Part shown: positions 13,746 to 25,205 of the stretch, piece after piece
How positions within the stretch are numbered: the stretch's first letter is position 1
Layout of the letters: the number at the start of each line of letters is the position of its first letter
Assembly (NCBI GenBank): GCA_028534125.1
Contig: CM052817.1
Location: 50,780,001 to 50,844,000 of the forward strand
DNA: 64,000 bases
Direction of reading: 5' to 3'
Source of the DNA: Lama glama
Taxonomy: Eukaryota
The notes under the pieces: generated by a model
Seen by the model: only the letters and a program-made list of their open reading frames with translations
Told to the model about the DNA's origin: nothing
Databases searched by the model: none
Position numbers and translations under genes: made by a program

Positions 13746-14719
13746 GACAAAGTGTATAGAATACCTAAAGGTTAATAAAGTGAGGAAACCTCAATTGAAC
13801 GCAAGTAGCTGTATAAAGCTAATGAAAACTGAAAATAACTGAATGCTACAAAAGTTTGAAAGAATGCCTTTTATAATGGTTTTCTAACTTATAATTCTTT
13901 ATTCAGATACCTATGACTCAAATATTTTCCAGATATTAAGCTCATTGGTGTTTTGTTTATCTGCAAAATATACTTTAATTTTCCTGTATTTATCTTCCAT
14001 GTTAGTATTTTCCAAGTTACTTCTACATTTTAAAATGAGACTATTAACAGGATTTAGTGTAAAGACTTCCAGGGACACTCTGACAAAATGTTCATAAGGT
14101 GGAGCCAGAACATGACTATAAACTGCTAATGCATGCCATCAGTATGTGTGTACCATTTAAAGATGACACCAGGCACTGATACAGTCTTGTTGAATGGATA
14201 AAATAGAGTGTGGCATAAACTTAGCAGGATGGCTGTACGTTTATCATAGGATCAACTGTTGTTCCTGTACATGTTTTCTGGCCAAAGTAGATTGAACTAC
14301 TTCTCTGTGGAACTGGCTGCGACCTATGTCATCACTTCCCTGTGCTCTGTTCTCCCGGGTGTGTTCTCTTCACACACACTTGTATTTATCACTGTACAAT
14401 TTAATTGTGGTTTCTGTGTGGATTCACCAAAAGGTTATGAGTGATTAACGGATAAGAACCATCATATAGTTACCTCGATGTTCTTGGAGCCTTGCGCATA
14501 ATATAAAATCATAAAAAACTCACTGAGCAAGCAAATTAGAGGATTTCAGTAGTAACTTGGCTCTGTGTAAAAAACCTCCCACCCCACCAGCCTATTGGTT
14601 GTTGGTCGAACTTCTATGAGCACTTTAAATTTCTGTTCTAAAACCTAGATATGTGCTGGAATACAAAGACACTTAGGTATGTTAATCTGCAGATGGCACA
14701 GAACTTGAAACAAAATATA

Positions 14720-15237
14720 TTTTAATTCAGATTTTACATGGAGAAAATTACAGACTCACATGCAGTTCTCATACATAATACAGAGAGATCCCAAGTATCT
14801 TTTGCCTAGTTTATCCCAGTTGTAACATCTTGTGATACTATAGAATGGTTTTTCTGTTGCTGTTTGGCTGGAATCAGGCAAGTATTGACAAACAGATGTT
14901 CTGTTATTAGACCATCCTGTTCTGTTTTTTGATTGGTGTGTCGGGGGGTTGTTTTCATTGTTGTTGCTGTGGGGAATAGGCTTTTCTTGGTGCTTTTTTT
15001 GGTCTGTGTATATTGGCTGCCCCCAGTGGCAGTGTTTACAGGGATATGTAAACACTGAGGAAACCTGGGGAACTCACCACCCTGTCTCCCTCAAGCCCTG
15101 AGGTCTCTAGGCAATCTTCCTTCTTCTTGCCACCTTCCAGAGTTTTCCTGTGCTTCTTTTTGTTATATCCAGGAATTTTTGGTTGTAAGCATGAGGACTG
15201 GAAGGAATGGAGTTTTTGCATGTTGGTGAACCAGAAT
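14720..15237 (-). mobile_element. L1MC/MD-like element: 3' terminus joined directly to 5' UTR
   Basis: 14720-14846 matches an L1MC-type 3' end; about 14850-15237 matches an L1M 5' end (ggggaactcaccac...ccaccttccagag...atatccagg...aaccagaa); flanks aatatattttaat and aatatgtttttaat. Confidence 0.65.
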
Positions 15238-17164
15238 ATGTTTTTAATATGTATCAATAGAATGGGCTTGTAACTTACGGGAATGGGGAAAAACAAAACA
15301 AAACAAAAAACACTGCAAATTGAATTTACCTGGATTGAGGAAATAGAATCTGTAGTCTGTGTGCTTAAAATGCTAGAAGAGGAATTACAAATGGGAAAGA
15401 AAGTGGAATGAGGAATAGGAGATACAAAAGACAAATTTCATTGCTATACCGTCTTTTCCTTGAGGTATAGACCAAGATTCCAATACTTCTAAACACTCAG
15501 ATTCTTAGGAACACTGAATATAAAGAGAAGGAAATTGAGTCTGACTGTAGAGACAGAATTTAATTTGAATGAACTGAAGATACATCATACCTATCATATT
15601 ATACCTAGGCTTTCTTCAAAATAAAAGTGAGATTATAATATAGATAACTACAAAAAAACATATTTTGCATTCAACGTGTTTGTAGAAGATAATGCTATGG
15701 AGCAAGAGGGGAGGTAAGGACTCTTGAGAAAAGAAAATGTGTTACAGATTTCAGACTATTGAACCCTGATACAAATATTTTCTTGTCATTTTAACAATAC
15801 TGTATTGATACTGAATAGAAACTTTCAAAAACCTTTTTTTGTTTTTTCTTTTTTGGAAGAAGTTAGAGACTTTTATTTCAGTATATTGAGGTAGGTCTCT
15901 CATTGTCTCGCATACCAGAAGCTTTCATGAACTCACAGATGGTATAGATTTTAACTGATATGTCTTAAGAAACTGGAAAGGGATATTCTCATTCATAACA
16001 CTGAGCAATACTTTTCATGTATATTTCTTATCCATTTTTCTTGTCAAAGCCTCACCCATAGCATCTCTCTTCTCTAGCCTACCACTTAGTCTCTGCCAGC
16101 TCTCACCTTCCTCCTCCTTCCTTCCATCCCTTCACTGACACTTTGCTGTCTCCAATTTAAATCAATAAAGGCAGTTCTGAGATCCTTTTAAATGCCATAT
16201 CTTCTATCCGAAACCTATTGTGTATTATGTAACAGGGCCTAAATCTTAGCTAACAGAAGAAATTTATGTCTAGTTGTCAGAGTTAGAGCCAATAATACAA
16301 AATATATTTCGTGTTCTTACTTTTCTTACCAAATTGGAAAAATATGTTGTCTTCTGTTTTACTTAGTTTTAGGAACCGGAAGGTTGTTCGTCATGGTGAA
16401 CATGAACATGTAAATCAAATAGAAAACTGTATTTGTTATTTGAGGCAGTTAAACTGGCGTGACTGTGGAAATAATCAGATTGGCAAATCCACATTAAGGG
16501 AGATCACCCACTATCATGATCCGGCACTTAAATACTGTCTCTTGAAGTGCTAATACATCTGATGTTTCAATGTGGCTTAATGAGCCAGTGATCCTGACAA
16601 ATTTTCAAATTTTTCAAAAAAAAAAGCTTGTTTAAGCTTCCTTGTAATGCCTTTCCAGTCTCATCAACTGGGAAATATAAGACCTGAATTCCCCTGTGAG
16701 GAAAGGGATGAATCAGTGTTTATGGTAGTTCAATCAAGCTGCTTTATATAGCAGTAGTAGAAAACTTGGCTGATTTATGAGCTGCGGCTGTCTAATGTGA
16801 TCATTCCACACTCCAAAATTTTGTAATTGGTAGAATGTTATAATTTTGTTCAGGAGGAAAGATTTGGATCTTTGGTTCATAAAAGCTCTTTTTTTACACT
16901 GTAATTTATAAAGAAAATATTCATAAAAATGATAGCAGAACCAAACTTTTGTATTCTCAGATAAAGGCATTGTATTTTAGTGAATAGACCATTTTTTAAA
17001 AAGGAGAGGGAAATACATTGGTTTATATGTCATATGAGTGGCTATTTCATTGAGATAAATTTAGATAGAAAAAAGTCATAGTTTATATGGTTATGTAGAA
17101 AAATTATCTCCTTGAAACTAGAGAAAATAGAATGGTTTTCCAATGTGAAAATAGAGGGTGATAC

Positions 17165-17355
17165 AGCAAATGCCTGTTGTGACTTTTCTGGATAATAGAT
17201 ATATTTTGAAATTTGGCATCAAGAAGCCATTTATTTGAGTCCTGTCTGTGCTTATTACTCACTACTTTCAGATTCAACTTTATCACATGTAAAATAGGGA
17301 TAATTCTTAATTCATACATTACTGTGGGGAATGAAATAACACATTAAAAAACCCT
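17165..17355 (+). mobile_element. MIR SINE
   Basis: ttcaactttatcacatgtaaaatagggataatt MIR core. Confidence 0.6.
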
Positions 17356-17874
17356 GAAAGTTAATAATTTTAGTATATTTTAATAACCTTTCCCAGCATA
17401 AAATATTTATGTATTAAACATGTAATCCTTATTATATTCTCTAAAATATTATATGTTCACTTTCTAAATCTCACAAGAAACTGAAATTCAGGGAGGATAA
17501 ATAATAATCCTAAAATTAGAAATGGGTGGCAGAGGTAGGATTTGAACTCATGTCTTTAAAAGTCTGTCAAAAACGAATTCCATTACTCACAATTTGCTTC
17601 TGGTAAATTTAGCATACCTCTTCATCCTTAATGACCTTCCTCCTACATATGGCTGCAAATACTTGATTTCTTACCTCATAGCTCCTTTTAAATCTTACCT
17701 TTTAACCTTCCATTATTAGTTTTACCTTCTTATACCTTGTATTATTAGTTTCATTGTGGACTGCTTTGTCTAACTCAGTATTGAAACTTCAGCATGCTTT
17801 ACAGCAATATTTTGCACATGAAATTTTATGCTCAATATTTACTAAATTGGACTGGATTTGCTTTTTAAGGAGAG

Positions 17875-18120
17875 CATATTGCACATTAGCTAAGAACACA
17901 GGTCCTGTAGTCACATTTCTAGGTTTCAGTGCTTTACGACATCTCTTGTTACTACAGAAAATCATTTAATGTCTTAATGCCCAAGTTTCCTATCTGTGAT
18001 GTGATAATAATTAGCAACAAATATGCTTATGAAGGATTTAGATGAGAGAATAGTTGTAAATTGCTTAGAACAGTACCTATCACATTAAATTGCTCCTTAA
18101 TCTCTCTATGATTATAATTG
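17875..18120 (+). mobile_element. MIR SINE
   Basis: aagtttcctatctgtgatgtgataataa...gatgagagaatagttgtaaattgcttagaacagtacct. Confidence 0.65.
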
Positions 18121-18681
18121 TTTTTATTGAGTATTGACAGAAGCCAAATGTTGCTAAACATGCATACCAGACTTGTATGATGAGTAGGAATAATACTGTT
18201 TTCTCCTTTGGATGGGAATTATAAAAGTGAAAGGAAAAACTTATACTAAGGAACCAGTTGTACTTTTAATGAATCAAATCAGAGCAAATGCCCACTACGT
18301 GGAGAAGCTGGAGAAGATGATATGTTCTTCATGAGACATTCAGCTCCAGCTCTAATGTTGTATTTGTTCTCATAGCTCCTTAAGGGTAGCATTTTTATAT
18401 AGCACAATTATCTCCAGCAAAATAAAGGCATGTCCACGTACATTTATAAATGAGAAAGAAGTCACATGGAAAATCACAGCTAAAACTGTGAAGTATAGCA
18501 AATACAAATTGTAGTGTATAAATCATAATGACTAAAATCAGCCTTTGTTGTACTCAGAAAATTCAGATTTCTTCCTCAGGGTTTTGCTACTGATATTTTT
18601 AAGATTCATGAACCTTTGTTTCTAGAAAGAAAAAAACACCCTATTGCTATGTTCCCTTCAGAAGACCTTTTGAATATTGTA

Positions 18682-18733
18682 GATCTTTAAAAGTTAGATT
18701 AATGATGATCTTTAAAAGTTAGATTAATGATGA
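18682..18733. repeat. Perfect 25-bp tandem duplication
   Basis: gatctttaaaagttagattaatgat occurs twice head-to-tail, plus ga. Confidence 0.95.
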
Positions 18734-19010
18734 CTTATAAATCAGATTTTACTAGAAACATCTAAGTTTATTCATTGCAATGATAATATGTGAGAGAAAT
18801 GAGATCTTATTTATTGCATGGTGTAGTAAACAATGAGGTCACTGAAGAATGTAAAAAATAAAGTTCAAAAATGAAGTATAAGCATAGGGTCTTTGTTCTT
18901 CTATAGATATTAAAATAAATTACAGTAGTATGTATTTAGGGTTTTTGATGTTCTATCTCCTGGTAATTGAGTATGTGCCATAAATCTGTATGTTTTAAAA
19001 TGTATCATGA

Positions 19011-19054
19011 CGCTTTCTTCTTGGCCTTTTGGCTGAGATCAAGTAGTATGTGTT
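19011..19054 (+). pseudogene. U2 snRNA 5' fragment (retropseudogene)
   Basis: cttcttggccttttggctgagatcaagtagtatgtgtt compared with U2 cttctcggccttttggctaagatcaagtgtagtatctgtt. Confidence 0.85.
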
Positions 19055-19571
19055 GTCTTAAGAGACTCTAGCCTGTAAAAGCCAAGAAATAGACTGTTAT
19101 CTAATAAGCCTTTAACATCTTTTAACTAAAATGATGGTAACCTATATTGCACTAAGTGTTGGATTATTTATGAGTAATCTGTTGCTCAGTAAAGATGCTC
19201 AAAGCATTAGCTATAATGAATCTTCATCATTTCCAACCCTGTCAGTAATCACATTTGATATATATATTTTTCTATCCTTTTACCTCATTCTCATTTTGCT
19301 GCTTGAGTTGGTAACAAAAATCAGCCAAGTAGAGCTTAAAGCCTTAAATAATACTGGTTTGGAAGTAGTTGACTTTTTTCTTTCGGCTATCAAGATATTC
19401 CTCTATGTGATGCAGAGACTGCTCATTTCTTACCTATTAGTTATCCATTCTTTGCTAAGAGAAATCGCATATTATTGGGGAAAAAAGGAAATCTGCTCAG
19501 CTCAAAACATAAAATACATCTGTTATCTTCCTTTATAGTAAAGGGCTTGGGGCTTCTGAGGAAGGACTTAA

Positions 19572-19574
19572 ACA

Positions 19575-19613
<39 letters not shown>
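19572..19613. repeat. (CA)n microsatellite
   Basis: About 20 CA units with one TA interruption. Confidence 0.95.
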
Positions 19614-19615
<2 letters not shown>

Positions 19616-20374
19616 CCAGCACTGACTATTGGCCACTCATATTTCTGCTTCTGCATGCAAGAAATACAGCTGCCATGTTTGCAGCTATCTTCCTGTGATT
19701 GCATGGTTTTTCCTGAGAATGGCAGAGCAGAAAGACAGAAGGATGTTGGGGTGTTACTGGAATTTTGAAAACTTTACCAGCCCTAGGCTATTTCCAGATT
19801 TATCACTAAGTGACAGATTCCTCATTAATTTTGTTGGAGTCAGTCCCTTTTAGGAATATCATAGTGAAATATGACCCTTAACTTACATTTTCCTAAGAGA
19901 TACATATTTTAAGAAGTACTCTGAAAGAATACAGTGCATATCTACAGAAATTGAAAGATCTAAGTTGGAATTTCAGGTTTTATGATACAGGAATTTACTT
20001 AGGTGACCTTATCAAAAGTATATAGTAATACAGAAAAACATTATGCTTTAAATGCTATCATCATTTTGCGTTTAATCAAATCCTAGATTACTAACCCTGA
20101 CAGATGGTACAATTCCAGAAAAGGAGGAAGCATTTTTATCTTGTCCAAAATATCCTAAGGGCCTATCAAATAATTTAAAACACAGGGGATTCTAAATAAA
20201 TAGTTTGAAATAGATGAGCAAATTAATGAAAGGATGAACAAAACAAATAAAATGTGAATCAATTTTCTTTGATTTAAATGATGTTGATTCATGATTTCTG
20301 TTTTTGAATAGGTTCAACATGTAGTGTCCTGCAATTCTTAATCTTTAAGAAAAAGACTTTTGTTTTCTGAGGTA

Positions 20375-20545
20375 TCTTCCTTTTTCTGTTTTTCCCCCTT
20401 CTTACTCCCTTCCTCTCTCTTCCCTCTGTTACCCACTCTGCCCATATCCCCACCTTTCCCCTTTCTTCTTTCTCCTTTTTTATTCCTTTTTACTTTGTTG
20501 TCTCTTACTCACCTATTTGCTTAGTGCTCCTTGTCTCTATCTGTT
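20375..20545. repeat. CT-rich low-complexity polypyrimidine tract
   Basis: About 170 bp of mostly C/T on the + strand. Confidence 0.8.
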
Positions 20546-21790
20546 CAACAACCCTCTGTAATCAAGAATCTGACTTCTTGAACCCTGGAGATATCAGGAG
20601 TGAACACGTATGTGTATTGCTTCTTTTCATGAGGAAAATAAATCCACTGAATTGTTTTCCAATAATAGATGCCTTTTTCTTTATCTCTTAACCCTGGTTT
20701 TCTTTCCTGTGTAAGCAGAATAAAACTTGTACTGATTAGTTTACGTGGCCTAGCCCTCATACAAGCTTCGAGGTAGAATCAAAATATCTTTTCTTACTAG
20801 AATATTACATTTTAAACCCACTGAAAACATAACAACATGTAGAGATAGAAAGTGATTTTACTATAGCCTCCAAATATTAAATTGCATGTCTCACCAAAAA
20901 AACAGGTATTGCAGCCTGTTTTTTTAAAAAGTCAGAAAAATTGACAAAGTTCACTGATTCTAGATAAATTTTAACTACTACTCTTCATATCTTTAGCTTG
21001 ATCTTGAGCTTGATATCATATTGACCCTTGACTCTGTCTCTGGTCAGCCAGATAAAGTACTGAATTAGAGTTTTTTTTTATAATTTTATACTGTACTTGT
21101 TAGTGTGTCTTAGATAGAAGTACTACCCAGATTGGGGAATAAAAGACTTTCTGTTCTCTGGATTCACTGGAAATCTTTGCTCATACAAACATTGCTGAGA
21201 TTCAGGTTAGAACCTGACCTTAGTTTATCCTTGAAAGATACAACTAAAAGTAGTGTTCAAGGGGAGGCTCTGGAATTAAAAAAAAAAAATTATTTCAAGT
21301 ATCAGCCTTTGGCTTAATAATATTCTAGAGTCTAGCCCCAGGTTACAGGTTCATTTCTGCATTTATGCTTGAAAGCATATAAGATATATGTATTTAAGGA
21401 GGTTTAAAATTATATCCATCACATAAGACTGAGTCACTCACAAAATGAAGAATATTGTACTGGATTGGATGACATCAACTGTGACAATATCAATGCTAAC
21501 AGCAAGGTAACTTCCTCCGAGAGGCCAATTCCCAGAGAAACTGCCAGAGCCCAGGACTGACCCGAGGTTAAAGTGAATTTAAAATATATATTGTAAAGGC
21601 ATTAATGCTGTTTCCCCAACTTCTATCAACGTTCAACATAAAATGATTATCACTATTCTGTTTTGATATTTAAATCCTTTTTAATTTTCCAAATGCATAC
21701 TTTTATCTTTCCTACAAAGTAAAACAAAATTTGAATATTAAGACATAAACTATAAATCTCCATATTGATGTGTTTATATATATAAAATAC

Positions 21791-21936
21791 AAAATGTTTG
21801 GAGGAATGAATCTAAAACTTAATTTTACGTATTCAGTCACTTCAAAACATCAGCCACTTGAAAGGAACAATTCTTGGAGAAAGAAAAAAACTGCAGAAAT
21901 TTAGCTAAGTAACAATTCAGCTAAAAAGCTAGAGAC
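21791..21936 (+). repeat. Local duplication, copy 1
   Basis: attcagtcac...agaaagaaaaaaactgcagaaatttagctaagtaacaattcagctaaaaagctag recurs at 23125-23272. Confidence 0.9.
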
Positions 21937-23124
21937 AGTAAATCTCAGGAGGAGATTTCAGTAGCCAAGGAAGTTTTAGTGTCATTTGCATTTTTTCGCC
22001 TTTTATTATATTGAGATCTATATATTTATATTTTTATAATAAAGCATAATTAAAATTTAATAAAATTATCATCTCAGAACTGGAAAAGGGCTTAGAAATT
22101 ATTTTTAGCATGTTTAGCATGTTTGTGACAGAAATTGTCAATTTTGATATAGAGTTGAAATTAGAATTGAGACTTTTTACTAATACTTATCTGCTTTAAA
22201 AATTTAACAAATTAGCATTATGTCTATTACTATAAATTAAACTTTAGTTTACCACTGTAAATTTTTAAAAATTGAAGAAAGTTCTTTTAAGAACAGCTTA
22301 TCAAGAAGTGATTGCCTAAATATTTTATTTTTGTAATATATTGATGACAAAATTTTAAAATAGAGATAAAGTGGCCAAATTCTAATAGCACCTAAATTTG
22401 TTTCCCTGTTTATGATCTTTTTTATTTATTAACAAAAATATAGATTCTTACATTATAAATATACCACTTTTCACATTTCTATTGTTAAAAATTAATTTAC
22501 ATATTTTTCCACATTGCTATATAAATCCTATATTTAACAAAAATAATATATGATAAATATAACATTATAGTTTAAATAGGTAGAAAATATACATAGCAGA
22601 TTATACATACACATATATGTGTACTTTTTATTTTGTATTTCTTTTAGCAAAACAAAACAGAATCCAGGAAAGTTTAATTGATCATGGCAAATGCTTATGG
22701 CTTAGAAATTATACATCTATTGGAAATAACTTATTCTAACTGTCCATAGAAAGATACAAGTGACTTTCTGCTTGCTGAGAACTACATTTCTAGAAATAAT
22801 AAATTTAAGAATCTTGAAAATTTACAAGTAAATTAGACTAAATAGATGAGAAGAGAGTGAGGGATAGTAAGTCCAGTGACAACAGGAAATTAGCAGAAAA
22901 GGGAATCTATTTATGGAAACTGAAAAAAATCATCTACATTTCTGGTGAGAGAAGCTTCTGGCTCCGTGTATCTGTGACTATACTCATTTTACATTGTCCT
23001 GGCAAATGTATACATATCATTTCCTAATTATAGTAGAAAACAAAATAAGAGAAGTAAAATTATTTAGAAGGAGATTGACTCCCCCAGAACAAACGTCTGA
23101 ATTTAAATTCATTACTCCCTTTAA

Positions 23125-23272
23125 AAAATGTTTTTTTAGGGAAGGAAAAAAGCAAAACAAAAAATTTCATTTTATAGATTCAGTCACTCGAAAGCAACAG
23201 TTTTTATTTGCAGAAAGAAAAAAAAACTGCAGAAACTTAGCTAATTAATAATTCAGCTAAAAAGCTAGAACA
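23125..23272 (+). repeat. Local duplication, copy 2
   Basis: attcagtcac...agaaagaaaaaaaaactgcagaaacttagctaattaataattcagctaaaaagctag. Confidence 0.9.
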
Positions 23273-23289
23273 TTTCTCTTTTTTTCTTG

Positions 23290-23610
23290 ACTATATAGAA
23301 GGCCACCTTTGTTGCCAAACATTGCAATGTCAACAATTTCAGGATTAAGTCAGGAGAAAGTTGAAGGCAGAACATCTGTTCCCGGATTTTTGCCTTCTGA
23401 TTGACTCCCTCTTGCAATTCCAAAGCGCTGAAGGCTCTGCTACTTGGGAACTTCCGGAGCAGACTGGTCATTTTCCTGGTGGTGCAGCAATCAGTCTGAA
23501 GAGCTCTGCTCACGAGTTCTGAAGCACTGAGGTGTGTAGGAAGCTGAGAGTTTGCTGAGTGGTGTGCGTGTGCCTGTTTGTATGTTGGGAATGTTGGTGA
23601 GGTGAGACGG
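23290..23610 (+). promoter_or_regulatory. Candidate promoter and non-coding first exon
   Basis: Unique sequence of about 50% GC with retained CpGs in an AT-rich background; GGGAACTTCC kB site (23446-23455) overlapping ACTTCCGG ETS site; TTCCCGGAT STAT-like motif (23379); TTGCAAT C/EBP-like motifs; donor GAG|gtgaga at 23601/23602. Confidence 0.5.
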
Positions 23611-25075
23611 GCTTTTTAACTGAGAGTGATTGCTTTGTCATCATGGAAGCCTCCATTGTGGGGTTATTTTTTTCCTGGGCGTACTGCAAGTGCACATACT
23701 TTATACTATTATTTTTGTTCGTTTTCCTGGATTTGTTTGTCTTTATTTTGTAAAGCCATAGTAGCATTAAGATACATGTATATATTTTCTTAAATTTTCA
23801 TCTGGTCCACGATCAATGAACCACACAGATGTTAAGGAGCAATTTCTGCCCTGATGCTAGAATACAAGTTTCTTATTTATTCACTGCAGCTTGAGTTGCT
23901 TTCTATATGCAAAAATCCAAAATTTCAAAAACTTCACACATGTCAATATTACAATTAATTCTTGTGGCTTGTCTGAAAGTTGTCTGAAAATACAAGTTTT
24001 ACTGAGACAATCCTAGTCAAGATTTAGTTGCAACTAAAAATTTCCTCTGCTGCTAGTTGTATTTTCTAAGTATAAAAAAACAGTATTTATATCCTGTCAC
24101 AAACACTCCCAGAATTGGTACATGTGGAATACTCCATTTATAGTATATGTTATAAATTATATACTGTATAATATTACATTCAATGGCATAGAACTTGTTA
24201 TTTCTTGTTTACATATAATGTATGTAGGGAGATTAATAAACTTTAAGGTAAATATTTATGAAAGTTTATATTTAATTTATAGAAATAATTCAAGTGTTTA
24301 ATATATTTTTCTACACTGTAAACAATTATATTACGTTTACATGCCTTATAATTACTTTTAAATTCCAATTTTCTTTGGCTGATTTACTCTGAGAATTTAG
24401 TACCATCACTGAATAATAAAATTTTACATTATTTGTTATTTGTATTTTAAAGAAATGAAATTATCTTCTGTACAATTTTTCTCCTTAACACAGTATACTG
24501 AATAGCATAGCTGGGTGAATAAAATCAATATTTTTTGCAACGTCTAGAAAATTAGCAAGGCTTAGAAATCTGTGTGTACATTGGTATTACCTTCATAAAA
24601 ATAAGACAATATACATTGACCAGATCTTTGCAGGGTTATGTGCAAATGATTTTATAATCCTCTTCCCTGTCACCTAAGCCCTAAGGCTTTATTGCAGATT
24701 TGTAATATAACAAGTTCTTATTATTGAACTAAAGTTCTCATGTATGTTACAGATATTAAAAATAAGTTTAGTTTCTGTGACACGTATTACTCTTAGAGTA
24801 TACCAAGTAAGTTGGTTTAATCAAAAGCCTATTCTATAAGATACGATTTGTTGGCCTCTGGAAGGCTGGACCCCACAATCTCAGCAAAGACCCTAGTGAC
24901 AAAACTAAGTAGCCAGAGCAGTCCTACCGTCGATATTCATGCCTTTCACATCCCAGGGTGCACCTACCGCTGCTGCCTTTAACGCGCTATTCTACCAGGT
25001 GGAACCGTTCCAGTGCTCACCATTGCTCACTTACTTTCAACCTTTGATGATCATGCTGCATTTGTTTCCTTTTAG

Positions 25076-25205
25076 GCTTTTATAGTATTGACCTATGATG
25101 CTTTGATATAGAGCATCATGGATCAAAGTTGATACATATTTCTCACTTCTAAGATGGTATTTCTGCAACCAGGTAGTATGTGTTAGAGTATTTAAATAGT
25201 GTTCG
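25076..25205 (+). other. Candidate non-coding internal exon (130 bp)
   Basis: Acceptor tttgtttccttttag|G and donor TCG|gtaagta; all three frames closed. Confidence 0.3.

Noticed and set aside
15036..15434. 132-aa minus-strand ORF
   Set aside because: Runs through low-complexity sequence and an L1 5' UTR remnant; non-ATG start and no homology recognised
19131..19538. 135-aa hydrophobic ORF, the longest in the track
   Set aside because: Leu/Ile/Phe richness follows from T-rich DNA; no recognisable domain, codon bias or exon structure
21440..21560. Minus-strand reading resembling a signal peptide (LLLALILSQL)
   Set aside because: No start codon or convincing acceptor, no partner coding exons and no protein family recognised
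23363..23397. Iron-responsive element or steroid response element
   Set aside because: Loop is GUUCCC rather than CAGUGN and the upper stem is 4 bp; AGAACA-TC-TGTTCC has a 2-nt rather than 3-nt spacer
25043..25130. Possible C/D box snoRNA (tgatga motif with terminal stem)
   Set aside because: No CTGA D box at the appropriate 3' position
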